From positions 4,704,001-4,768,000 of the forward strand of contig OZ245002.1 of assembly GCA_965223415.1 (NCBI GenBank): DNA of 64,000 nucleotides. The letters are read 5' to 3'. The position numbers were made by a program, and so were the translations under genes. The notes under the pieces are model-generated. The model worked only from the letters and a program-made list of their open reading frames with translations. It had not been told where the DNA came from and ran no database searches. This document shows positions 55,274-64,000 of the stretch, piece by piece (positions within the stretch are counted from its first letter, which is position 1; each line of letters begins with the position of its first letter). This DNA is from Myxococcota bacterium. GTDB taxonomy: Bacteria > Myxococcota_A > UBA9160 > UBA6930.

Positions 55274-56224
55274 TCAGGGCAGACGCGTGTGGAACAGCAG
55301 CGGGGGGCTGCCTCGCAGGGCGCGGCGCCAGCGGCGGTTCGGGTGGTCGAGCAACCAGGCCGGGAGCTCGTGGGTCGGCCGGAAGCCGAAGCGGCGCGGG
55401 AGCCGCGTGTAGAGGGAGCGCGGCGGGTGACCGCCGCGAAGCCGCCGTGCGCTCTCGAGGCCGTGCATCCAGACCTCGCGGATCCCGAGCTCGTCGTGCA
55501 GGAAGAAGAGGGCAGCCGAGAGCATCGCCTCGTCCCAGATCGGCTCGAGGGGCGCCAGGTCCTCGCGGCGGAAGACCTGCCAGCGGGTGTGGCTAGTGCG
55601 CTCGGAGAAGAGGCAGCGCAGGTAGTGCTCACGATCGGCGACCGACCAGCCGGCGACGTCCCGCTCCAGCTCGAGGGCGCGGCGCAGCCAGTCCCCCTGG
55701 ATCTCCTCGATCAGGGCCTGGCCGCGGGCCAGGTCGAGATCGAGTCGGACCCACGCCAGGGTGATGCCCGGGCGCCGCGAGACCGGATGGAGGGTCTCGT
55801 AGAAGGGATCGTCCCCGCTCGGTCGCAGGAGGCGCTGATAGCGCCGGGCGTGGCTGCGGGGCAGGTCGAGCCGCAGGACCAGGTTCCAGCCCGGGCGCGA
55901 GGTCTGGTACCAGTCGCTTCCCCACTCCCGGTCGTGGCCCCAGGCCGCGAGGGAGAGGCGGAAGTGGCGTGTCGCTGCCGCGGGCCAGAAGGCCTGGAAG
56001 AAGCCCGGCGGCACACGCCCGTCGTGCAGCTCGGAAAGGGCCGCACGCACCGATGGCTTGTGCAGCAGGAAGCCGTACGGGCCCGTTCGCAGCGAGCGGA
56101 TGCTCGCCCCGTCGGGGGCCGCCCAGCCCAGCAGCTGGAAGGCGTAGCGGTCGCGGAAGTAGGGGAAGACCGTGCGCCCGCGCGGCAGGCAGGCGACGAT
56201 CTCCCGCAGCGCGTGACGGTCCAA
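55274..56224 (-). CDS. Conserved-looking hypothetical protein with AWVRLD...LIEEIQGDW motif
   Basis: Aromatic-rich globular ORF. TTG start preceded by GGAG. Confidence 0.7.
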   Translation of the reverse strand: MDRHALREIVACLPRGRTVFPYFRDRYAFQLLGWAAPDGASIRSLRTGPYGFLLHKPSVRAALSELHDGRVPPGFFQAFWPAAATRHFRLSLAAWGHDREWGSDWYQTSRPGWNLVLRLDLPRSHARRYQRLLRPSGDDPFYETLHPVSRRPGITLAWVRLDLDLARGQALIEEIQGDWLRRALELERDVAGWSVADREHYLRCLFSERTSHTRWQVFRREDLAPLEPIWDEAMLSAALFFLHDELGIREVWMHGLESARRLRGGHPPRSLYTRLPRRFGFRPTHELPAWLLDHPNRRWRRALRGSPPLLFHTRLP

Positions 56225-56289
56225 GGGGACTCCGGTGCACGGGGAGGGGTACGCCGCGGGCGCGCGGCGCCGGGCGGAAGCGCGCGGCG

Positions 56290-56343
56290 CTAGGCCGCGG
56301 GGCCATTCCAGCGGATCGGGCGGAGCGAGATGCGAGCGAGCAT
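56290..56343 (-). CDS. Putative 17-aa leader peptide MLARISLRPIRWNGPAA
   Basis: GGAGG-N5-ATG and TAG stop, 65 nt upstream of the 56224 gene. Confidence 0.4.
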   Translation of the reverse strand: MLARISLRPIRWNGPAA

Positions 56344-56437
56344 GGCGGCCTCCGGAGTCCCCGGAGGCTAGGGCCCGAAGAAGGCCGGTCAAGCCCGCCT
56401 CGCCAACCGGCAACTGCGCCTCCTACACTCCCGGGCC

Positions 56438-57319
56438 ATGAAGACAGCCCACGGGCCGCCCCTGCGCGAGCACGCCGGCGGACGTGGCTGGCAGGGGCGG
56501 CTCTTCCGGATCATCTTCGAAGCCGACACGCCGACGGGCAAGCTCTTCGACGTCAGCCTGATCGTCGTGATCGCCGTCAGCATCTTCGCGGTCATGCTGG
56601 AGAGCGTCGCTCCGGTGCGCCTGCGCTACGGCACCGAGCTGCGCACCCTCGAGTGGGTGATCACCGCGCTCTTCACCGTCGAGTACGTGCTGCGCCTCGC
56701 CTGCGTCGCGAAGCCGGTGGGCTATGCGCGCAGCTTCTTCGGCGTGATCGATCTCCTCGCCATCCTGCCCACCTACCTGAGCCTGCTCCTTCCCGGCTCC
56801 CAGTCGCTGCTGGTGATCCGGGGCCTGCGGCTCCTGCGGGTGATGCGCATCTTCAAGCTGGCCGGCTACCTGGGCCAGGCCAACCTGCTGCTGAACGCCG
56901 TCCGCGCCAGCCGCGGCAAGATCCTCGTCTTCCTCGGCACCGTCCTGCTCCTCGACCTGATCCTGGGCTCCGCCATGTACCTGCTGGAGGGCGCCGAGGG
57001 CGGCTTCACGAGCATCCCCCGCGCCGTCTACTGGGCCATCGTCACGATGACGACCGTGGGCTACGGCGACATCGCCCCCGTGACGATCCCCGGCCAGATC
57101 CTGGCCGCTGCCGTCATGCTCCTCGGCTACGCCATCCTCGCCGTCCCCACCGGCATCGTCACCGCCGAGATCGTCGAGCAGGTGCGCCCCGCCGAGGTGA
57201 CCACCCGGAGCTGCCCCCACTGCACGTCCGAGGGCCACCGTTCCGACTCCCGCTTCTGCCGCGACTGCGGCGAGCGGTTGTCGGAGCTGGAACCGGAACC
57301 CGAATCCCCTAGCCGCTAA
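56438..57319 (+). CDS. Voltage-gated potassium channel-type ion transporter
   Basis: S4 RGLRLLRVMRIFK, pore TTVGYGD and C-terminal CPHC...CRDC. Confidence 0.92.
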   Translation: MKTAHGPPLREHAGGRGWQGRLFRIIFEADTPTGKLFDVSLIVVIAVSIFAVMLESVAPVRLRYGTELRTLEWVITALFTVEYVLRLACVAKPVGYARSFFGVIDLLAILPTYLSLLLPGSQSLLVIRGLRLLRVMRIFKLAGYLGQANLLLNAVRASRGKILVFLGTVLLLDLILGSAMYLLEGAEGGFTSIPRAVYWAIVTMTTVGYGDIAPVTIPGQILAAAVMLLGYAILAVPTGIVTAEIVEQVRPAEVTTRSCPHCTSEGHRSDSRFCRDCGERLSELEPEPESPSR

Positions 57320-57332
57320 GCTCTGCGGCTCC

Positions 57333-57409
57333 GCCCCCGTAGCTCAGTTGGATAGAGCGCCGGTTTCCTAAACCGGGTGTCAGAGGTTCGAGTCCTCTCG
57401 GGGGCGCCA
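57333..57409 (+). tRNA. tRNA-Arg (anticodon CCT)
   Basis: Acceptor GCCCCCG/CGGGGGC, D arm AGCTCAGTTGGATAGAGC, anticodon arm CCGGT-TTCCTAA-ACCGG, T arm AGAGG-TTCGAGT-CCTCT, encoded CCA. Confidence 0.96.
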
Positions 57410-57853
57410 GGGATTTCGCGGGGTTACAGTGCCCTCAGCGCCCAAAGCAGCGGGCACCAGCTTCGCGAGGAAGGTCCGAGTAAGGCAGCCAGTGGGCTGA
57501 CGGGACGTTCGGCAGGCGATGGCAGCCGGTTGCGGTTCCGGGGAGAGCGTTGTTGGCAATCTGGAAGCCGGAAACGACGAACCTCGCTTCATCGAGCTCG
57601 GCGCCGGGAATGCACCATGACACTGTGATCGTGCGAGCGGATTCGGCGGAGGCGGCCCGTGAACTGGCGTGCGAGGCGTTCGGGGTCGGAGGGATTGCTG
57701 CGAGTGTGCATTAGCGCGACTGCTCCGATCCATGGCATCAGGAGACGTTCGTGAGCTGCACCTTCGTGGACGACACAGGCTACCCGCCGGATGGCGAGTC
57801 GCGTGTGCTCGAGCCGCTTACCGCGACATAGCCGCACCATCCAGGAAGCGCCG

Positions 57854-59131
57854 TTGAGCGAACCGATCGTCTTCGTTTCGTACTCGTATGATTCCGAGTC
57901 CCACATCGAGTGGGTCGTCCGCCTGGCATCCGATCTCCGCCGCAACGGCGTGGACGCCAAGATCGACAAGTGGGATCTGGCTCTGGGACAGGATGTGGCC
58001 GTGTTCATGACGCGGAGCATCACGGATGCGGAACGGGTCCTGCTGATCTGCTCGGAAAAGTACGTCCAGAAGGCCGAACAGGGAGCTGGGGGCGTGGCAT
58101 TCGAGCTCTCGGTCGTGACGAACCAGCTCGTCCAGAGCATCGACACTCGATAGTTCCTACCGCTCGTTCGCGGCAACAGCTTGGACCAGAAGATCCCGGC
58201 GTTCTTGGGCCCGCGGAAGTGGCTCGACTTCGAGGACGACCAAGCCTACGAGGAACGGCTCGACGAGCTCCTCAGGGAGCTCCACGGCGTACCTCCCGCC
58301 GGCAAACCCCCTCTGGGTGCGAATCCCTTCTCCGGGTCGACACCGCCCGCACGCGGCCCGAGCCGTTCGGCCGGCCCAACCGGCCGGACGTCAGCTGGAG
58401 CAATCCTCGACGAGGCCTGGTTTGCAGCGCAGGCTGAGGCAGCTAGCGACGGCATCTCGGCGGTGGGACTGGATGGCGCGATGGAGGTGCGGGCGGCCCT
58501 TCACGAGTCGATTGAGGCGCCTCAGATTGAGCTGCTGAGCGCGGTGCGCTCGTCTCAGATTCAGACTTTCGGCTGGCCCATTGCCGCACTTGTCGAGGGT
58601 GGCGTTGACGAGTATCGCCCTCGACCGGTGGAGGACGGGATCCGGGCTGAGATCTCGATCGGAGATGACAAGTTCAGCGGCCGGACGTCATACGACTATT
58701 GGGCAGCCCGTACCAACGGCGATTTCTTTCTACTCCAGAGCCTCTTCGAGGACCAGCGCTCGGAGCAGAAGATCTTCTTCAATACCCGGATCGTCAGGGT
58801 GGCGGAGACCCTGATGTTCTTCCGAAGCTTCTACGATTCGCTAGGCGTTCCTGGTGGGGCCCTACTGAGTGTTGCGCTGACCCACGACGGTTTGGCCGGT
58901 CGGGAGCTGACCGCATCCACGCCAAACCGGCAGATTCTCCCGGGTGCCAGGGCATTGGAGCCCAAGGCCCGCACCGAGCACACCTTGGTCCTTGGCTCGA
59001 TCGACGACGACCTTGCCGGAAACGTCCAGCGGCTGCTGGCGCCCATGTTCATGCTGTTCGACTTCCGCGAGTTCGGGGAAGGCATCTATGCGGACATTGC
59101 CGACCGATTCCGGAACGGCGAAGTCACCTAG
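57854..59131 (+). pseudogene. TIR/SEFIR-domain protein with uncharacterised C-terminal domain, interrupted by in-frame TAG at 58151-58153
   Basis: VFVSYSYDS, WVVRLASDL, IDKWDL, LLICSEKY and GGVAFE. After the TAG the same frame continues FLPLVRG...IPAFLG..KWLDF. Confidence 0.8.
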
Positions 59132-60540
59132 GCTACTTCCCGTCCAAGAACTCGTAAGTCACTGAGAAGAAAAGGAATTGGCGCAAACGCGCCTCCCGAT
59201 CGAGTTGCGATTGGTGTATGTTAGGTGGTGCCAACCTACCGAACATACACAGCAATTCGCCAACCGGGGGGTGAAGCGATGCGCCAATTCCGAGAAACTC
59301 AGCTCTCACTCACGCCCACATGGGGTCCGCATCAACATACCCGAGAGCTGCAGATGATCGCCAGGATCCTCGGGGCGGATCCGCGCTTGGGTGCTGTTGT
59401 GCACGGAGATCTGATCGGGGAACGTCGCGCCGATACCGGCCGTCGGGGCCTCAGCGGCGATCAGGTCCTTCGAATCGCCCTACTCAAGCAGATCCACGGG
59501 CTGAGCTACCGGGAGTTGGAGTTTCACCTCCAGGACTCGGCCGCCTTCCGCAGCTTCGTAGGACTCGGGCTTGGTGACTGGCCCCGCTTCCAGACCCTTC
59601 AGGACAACGTCAAACGGATCCGGCCCGAGACGTGGGAAGCCATCCACCGTGCGTTGATCGGCCTGGCTCGCCGGGAAGGAATCGAACGAGGCGAGACGAT
59701 TCGGGCGGATACGACGGTCGTCGAGGCGAACATCCACGAGCCCGCCGACTCGGCCCTGCTCTGGGACAGCGTTCGGGTGATGACGCGGATTTTGCGAAGG
59801 ATGGCGAAGCAACGCCCTTCGCTGCGCAAGATGTTCCCGGATCGTCGTCGTTGCGTGAAGCGACGCGCCTACGCGATCAAGTTCCACCGGCGGTCGATCA
59901 ACCTGGTCGCGAGCTATCGGTGCATGATCCGGGCCACGGAAGAGGTCTGCCAAGCGGCCCGTAGCGTCGCGGAGAGGGTCGCCCGAGTCGAAGACACGAC
60001 GCCGCTTCGCGAAGAGCTCCTCGCGGTGCTTCCCCTCGTCGAGCGCGTCATCGATCAGAGCCGTCGCCGTGTCCTCGAAGGCGAGCGCGTCCCTGCAGCC
60101 GAGAAGATCGTGTCGATCTTCGAGCCGCACTCGGACATCCTCGTGAAGGACAATCGAGGCACCTACTACGGTCACAAGGTCTGTCTGACTGGCGGCAGGT
60201 CGTCACTCGTCCTCGACTGTGTCATCGAGGAAGGAAACCCTACGGACTCGACGCTGGTCGAACGTACGCTCGAGCGCCATGCAGATCTCTTCGGCAAGGC
60301 ACCCCGCCAAGTGGCGATGGACGGAGGCTTCGCGTCCATGGACAACGTTGCCAAGGCCAAGGCGCTCGGCGTGGAAGACATGGCCTTCAACAAGAAGAGC
60401 GGACTCGAGGTCCACGAGATGGTGCGCAGCGCCTGGGTCTTCCGGCGCCTTCGTGACTGTCGCAGGACGTGATATTCGAGGGCTAAGAGGACACGTAGAT
60501 TTGCGCACCTCCTGTTGAGCCGCTGCGCGGCACGTTCCCC

Positions 60541-61827
60541 GTGAGGGAGGGGGGCGTGGGGCAGCGGCGACTGAGGCAGGAGGAAGTGATGACGATCGAA
60601 GTGCTGCACGAGCGGGGGTGCTCGAACCGGGAGATCGCCCGCCAGCTGGGGATCCGGGAGAGCGCGGTGCGCTACCGGCTGAAGCGGCTGGCGGAGGGGG
60701 CGCGAGACGGCCGGAGCGGGAAGCCCTTCCTGGCCGAGGCGGTCCACGAGGTGATCGCGGAGTGGCTGGAGGCGAGCTCGGGAGGCCGTGGCGTGAACCT
60801 GCAGGAGCTTCACGAGTTCCTGGTGGAGGAGCACGGGTACACGGGGAGCTCCAAGAGCGTGCAGCGGTACGTGCGGGCCCGGTTCCCGAGACCGAAGGTG
60901 CGGAGCCGGCGTCGGGTGGAGACACCGCCCGGGGCGCAGGGTCAGGTGGACTGGGGCGAGTTTCCGGGCGTGCGGATCGGGGGCCAGGAGGTGGACCTGC
61001 ATGCCTTCCACCTGGTGCTCTCGCACTCGCGGCGAGAAGCGGTGGTGTGGTCGGAGCGGGCGGACACGCTGGCGTGGCTGGACGTGCACAACCGGGCCTT
61101 CGAGCGGCTGGGCGGGGTGCCGGCGGTGCTGCGGGTCGACAACGTGAAGACAGCGGTGGCGAAGGGGGCGGGGCCATGGGGGACGGTGAACCCGGCTTAC
61201 GCGAGCTATGCCGGGGCCCTTCGCTTCCACGTGGACGCCACCCGTCCCCGCCAGCCGCAGGAGAAGGGGAAGGTGGAGCGTCGGATCCTGGGGCACCGGC
61301 GGGGCTTCGATCCGCGTCGGCGGGAGCACGAGAGCCTGGAGTCGCTGCAAGCGTGGACGGACGGCCAGGTGGCGCGCTCGAGCCACCGGCGGCAGTGCCC
61401 GGCGACGGGCACGACGGTCTTCCAGGCGTGGGAGGCGGAGAAGCCCCATCTCGGGGCCCTGCCCGAGCGGCTTCCCGAGCCCTTCGACCTGGCCGTGATG
61501 CGACGTGTCGGGCGCGACGCCACGGTGCGCTTCGAGGGGCGTACCTACAGCGTCCCCTTCCGCTTCGTCGAGCAGAGCGTCGAGGTGCGCGGCTGCGCCC
61601 GGCAGGTGCAGGTCTGGGCCGAGGGCTCGGTGGTGGCCGCGCACCCGCGCCACACGCGAAGCCGCCTGCTGCTGGACCCGAGCCACTACGAGGGGCCGAG
61701 CACGGAGGGGGTGGAGGCGCCCGTACCGCTCGGGCGCATGGGTCGACGCCTCCAGGAGCTGTGGGCGATGGAGCCGGAGCAGCGGCCGATCGACCTCTAT
61801 GCCGATCTGGCGGAGGTGGCGCGATGA
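60541..61827 (+). CDS. istA: IS21 transposase IstA
   Basis: N-terminal HTH, ETPPGAQGQVDWG, DNVKTAV and KGKVER. Exact start uncertain. Confidence 0.93.
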   Translation: MREGGVGQRRLRQEEVMTIEVLHERGCSNREIARQLGIRESAVRYRLKRLAEGARDGRSGKPFLAEAVHEVIAEWLEASSGGRGVNLQELHEFLVEEHGYTGSSKSVQRYVRARFPRPKVRSRRRVETPPGAQGQVDWGEFPGVRIGGQEVDLHAFHLVLSHSRREAVVWSERADTLAWLDVHNRAFERLGGVPAVLRVDNVKTAVAKGAGPWGTVNPAYASYAGALRFHVDATRPRQPQEKGKVERRILGHRRGFDPRRREHESLESLQAWTDGQVARSSHRRQCPATGTTVFQAWEAEKPHLGALPERLPEPFDLAVMRRVGRDATVRFEGRTYSVPFRFVEQSVEVRGCARQVQVWAEGSVVAAHPRHTRSRLLLDPSHYEGPSTEGVEAPVPLGRMGRRLQELWAMEPEQRPIDLYADLAEVAR

Positions 61828-62624
61828 CGGCGGGAAACCCGGTGCCCAAGAAGGGCGGCAAGGTGGATCTCGACCCGACCCGCGAGCGGCTCGTGCGCCT
61901 CGGCCTCCATCACGCGGCCGAGCACATCGGCGAGGAGCTGGCCCGAGCGACCAAGGACGACCTCGTGCCCCACCGCTTCCTCGACCTGCTGCTCGAGGCC
62001 GAGCTGCAGCACCGCGAGGAGCGGAGGATGAAGACCTCGCTCCGTCTCTCGGGCCTTCCCACGGGGCAGACCCTCGGCAACTTCGACTTCGCCTTCCAGC
62101 CGAGTGTGGAGCGGAGCCGGATCGAGACGCTGGGCACCTGCGCGTGGATCCGGGCCAAGGAGAGTCTGCTGATCCAGGGTCCGCCGGGAGTGGGCAAGAC
62201 CCACCTGGCGGTGGCCCTGGGGGTGCGGGCCGTGGAGAACGGCTTCTCCGTGGCCTTCCATCGCCTCGAGGACCTGCTGGCGGCCCTCAAGCGCGACGCC
62301 GAGATCAGCCCGCAACGGCTGCGGCGGCGCAAGCACATGAACGTGGCGCTCCTCGTCATCGACGAGGTCGGCTTCGAGCCCATGACGCGCCAGGAGGCGA
62401 GCCTCTTCTTCCGGCTCGTCTCCTACCGCTATGGGAGGGGCTCGATCCTGATCACCACGAACAAGGGCATCGCCGACTGGCCCGAGGTGCTGGCGGGCGA
62501 CGAGGTGCTGGCCACCGCCATCCTCGATCGCCTCCTCCACCACAGCCAGGTGCTCAACATCTCGGGGCGGAGCTACCGGCTCCGCGAGCTCGAGCAGGCC
62601 GCGGGGCAAAGCGCCCAGCGTTGA
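61824..62624 (+). CDS. istB: IS21 helper ATPase IstB
   Basis: GPPGVGKTHLA, IDEVGF, ITTN and AILDRLLHH; ATGA overlap with istA. Confidence 0.95.
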   Translation: MTAGNPVPKKGGKVDLDPTRERLVRLGLHHAAEHIGEELARATKDDLVPHRFLDLLLEAELQHREERRMKTSLRLSGLPTGQTLGNFDFAFQPSVERSRIETLGTCAWIRAKESLLIQGPPGVGKTHLAVALGVRAVENGFSVAFHRLEDLLAALKRDAEISPQRLRRRKHMNVALLVIDEVGFEPMTRQEASLFFRLVSYRYGRGSILITTNKGIADWPEVLAGDEVLATAILDRLLHHSQVLNISGRSYRLRELEQAAGQSAQR

Positions 62625-63105
62625 GGCCCCAGAGGGCGGCCTGACGGCCGTGCTCTCCTTCGGAGAGCGGAAGAGAAGAAGGAAGAACCGAACATCAACC
62701 CAGGGGGGTGCGCAAAACTAGCCGTCCTCTTAGCGCGCAAGAGATGACGTCCCTCGACAGTGACTTCCGCTCGGGGATCGAGGGCGTGATCTCGACGCTC
62801 AAGCGAGCGTTCCAGATGGACCGATGCACCTGGCGGGGCCTGGCGTCCTTCAAGGCCTATGTCTGGGCCAGTGTGACGAGCTTCAACCTCGTCGCCTTGG
62901 CCCGCCACCTGCTGACTCGCGAGTTCGCCTGAACCCCTGAGAGTGGTTCGGTCGGTGGACACGTGCGCCCGCGCATCGGAACACGGTCGCTCACTCACCC
63001 CGACGGCTCCGGGACTGCTGTGACATCGCTACTCTCAACGCCCGCGAAGACCGCCAACGATCCACTAAGAGGCCGACGAACGGCTCTTCTCGGACGGGAA
63101 GTAGG

Positions 63106-64000
63106 CTAGTGTCCTGTTCCAGAAGAAACCACTCGATTAGAATCGGAGTGGACGTCGAGGACGCGACCACAGTAGCGCCGCACACTCGCGAGGATCTGAT
63201 CCGCGGTCTTGGTCCAGACGAAGGGTCTCGGATCGTCGTTCGTCGTCTTCAGGAAGCTCCGGATGTCGTTCTCGAGCGCCCTCGTGCTGCGATGCACGCC
63301 GCGACGGATGCAACGCTCGGTGATGAGTGCAAAGAACCGCTCGACCTGATTCAGCCATGAGCTGTACGTCGGGGTGAAGTGCACGTGGAAACGAGGGTGG
63401 CGCGCGAGCCAGCTCCGAGTTCGCTTCGTCTTGTGCGTGGTGTAGTTGTCGAGCACGAGATGGATGTCGAGTTCGGCGGGTACGTTGTCGTCGATCGTCC
63501 TGAGGAACTTCAGGAACTCCTCCGTGCGGTGCCGGCGATGGAGGGATCCGATCACTTCGCCCGTTGCGATGTTGAGTGCGGCAAAGAGTGTCGTCGTGCC
63601 ATGGCGTAGGTATCCGTGTGTGCGCTGCTCCGCCCGGCCCGGTTGCATCGGCAAGACAGGCTGGTTCCGTTCCAGCGCTTGGATCTGCGATTTCTCGTCG
63701 ACGCAGAGGACGACCGCGTTCGCCGGCGGAGACATGTACAGGCCGACGATATCCACCACCTTGTCCACAAAATGGGGATCGTTGGAGAGCCGGAAGCGCT
63801 CGACTCGGTGCGGCTGGAGGCTGAATGCTCGCCAGATGCGATGAACCGTCGTCGTCGGGAGGCCTACCCGCTTCGCCATCAGGCGAACGGACCAGTGCGT
63901 CGCTCCCGTGGGCGTTTCCTCTAGCGTCAAGCGCACGACCTCATCGACCTGCTCGTCGGTCACCGTCCGGGGCGCTCCCGGCTTGGGCTCGTCGTAGAGC
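63106..64000 (-). CDS. IS630-family transposase (5' end outside the window)
   Basis: [30 protein letters not shown] and [11 protein letters not shown]; stop lies in CTAG. Confidence 0.93.
   Translation of the reverse strand, partial: LYDEPKPGAPRTVTDEQVDEVVRLTLEETPTGATHWSVRLMAKRVGLPTTTVHRIWRAFSLQPHRVERFRLSNDPHFVDKVVDIVGLYMSPPANAVVLCVDEKSQIQALERNQPVLPMQPGRAEQRTHGYLRHGTTTLFAALNIATGEVIGSLHRRHRTEEFLKFLRTIDDNVPAELDIHLVLDNYTTHKTKRTRSWLARHPRFHVHFTPTYSSWLNQVERFFALITERCIRRGVHRSTRALENDIRSFLKTTNDDPRPFVWTKTADQILASVRRYCGRVLDVHSDSNRVVSSGTGH

Larger units (their letters stand above)
60458..62759 (+). mobile_element. IS21-family element, 2302 bp
   Basis: TGT...ACA ends, about 60-bp imperfect IRs (GCTAAGAGGAC...TTTGCGCACC), 5-bp TSD GTGAC at 60453-60457 and 62760-62764. 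Confidence 0.93.
59279..62932 (+). pseudogene. DDE transposase (ISNCY/IS5-like), split: 59279-60457 + 62765-62932
   Basis: RADTTVVEANIH, EKIVSIFEPH, YGHK and DGGFAS. Removing IS21 restores RRLRD-FRSGIEGVISTLKR in frame. Confidence 0.88.
59132..63105 (+). mobile_element. ISNCY-type insertion sequence (interrupted by IS21)
   Basis: Terminal IRs CTACTTCCCGTCC(A/G)AGAA at 59133-59150 and 63087-63104; flanked by CTAG at 59128-59131 and 63106-63109. Confidence 0.8.
57410..64000. mobile_element. tRNA-anchored accessory island (continues beyond the window)
   Basis: Begins at the tRNA 3' end; visibly lower GC and different codon usage; TIR gene and IS cluster. No integrase seen in the window. Confidence 0.65.

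Noticed and set aside
57410..57853. Small ORFs or an integrase remnant after the tRNA
   Set aside because: No recognisable motifs, and no duplicated tRNA 3' end was found within the window.
57333..58153. Adjacent tRNA as an amber suppressor, or Pyl recoding of the TIR TAG
   Set aside because: The anticodon is CCT (Arg), not CTA. No pyl genes are seen, and TAG is a normal stop in many genes here.

Overview
Very GC-rich bacterial chromosomal window. The gene repertoire (lptD, lapA/lapB, exosortase, pheA-hisC-tyrA-rpsA-ihfB, scpAB) indicates a Gram-negative organism, plausibly a deltaproteobacterial/Myxococcota-like lineage (inference). About 1-57 kb is mostly housekeeping: a sigma-54-driven tandem histidine kinase/response regulator operon, queG, dcd, dtd, ccdA/tlpA, lptD, trpEGDCFBA, coaE, a diguanylate cyclase, pheA-hisC-tyrA-rpsA-ihfB-lapA-lapB-mutS-amidase-glnD-xerD-cca-scpAB-rluB, SRAP, an SSS transporter, WS/DGAT and a K+ channel. 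After tRNA-Arg(CCT) at 57333-57409 an accessory island begins. It holds a TIR/SEFIR-domain gene broken by one in-frame TAG and three stacked IS elements (IS21 inside an ISNCY-type element, next to an IS630) whose inverted repeats and target duplications are readable. The most unusual signals are: (1) an orphan PqqA-like ExxxY peptide translationally coupled to a sulfotransferase, downstream of a catalytically dead GH1 and near an exosortase/PEP-CTERM pair; (2) a family of long, near-perfect intergenic palindromes with compensatory changes; (3) the TIR plus unknown-domain putative defence gene; (4) a hidden 17-aa leader ORF with an occluded SD upstream of an uncharacterised EEIQxDW-motif gene; (5) two apparent CTG starts coupled to upstream stops. 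All product calls come from motif recognition by eye; no database searches were run.
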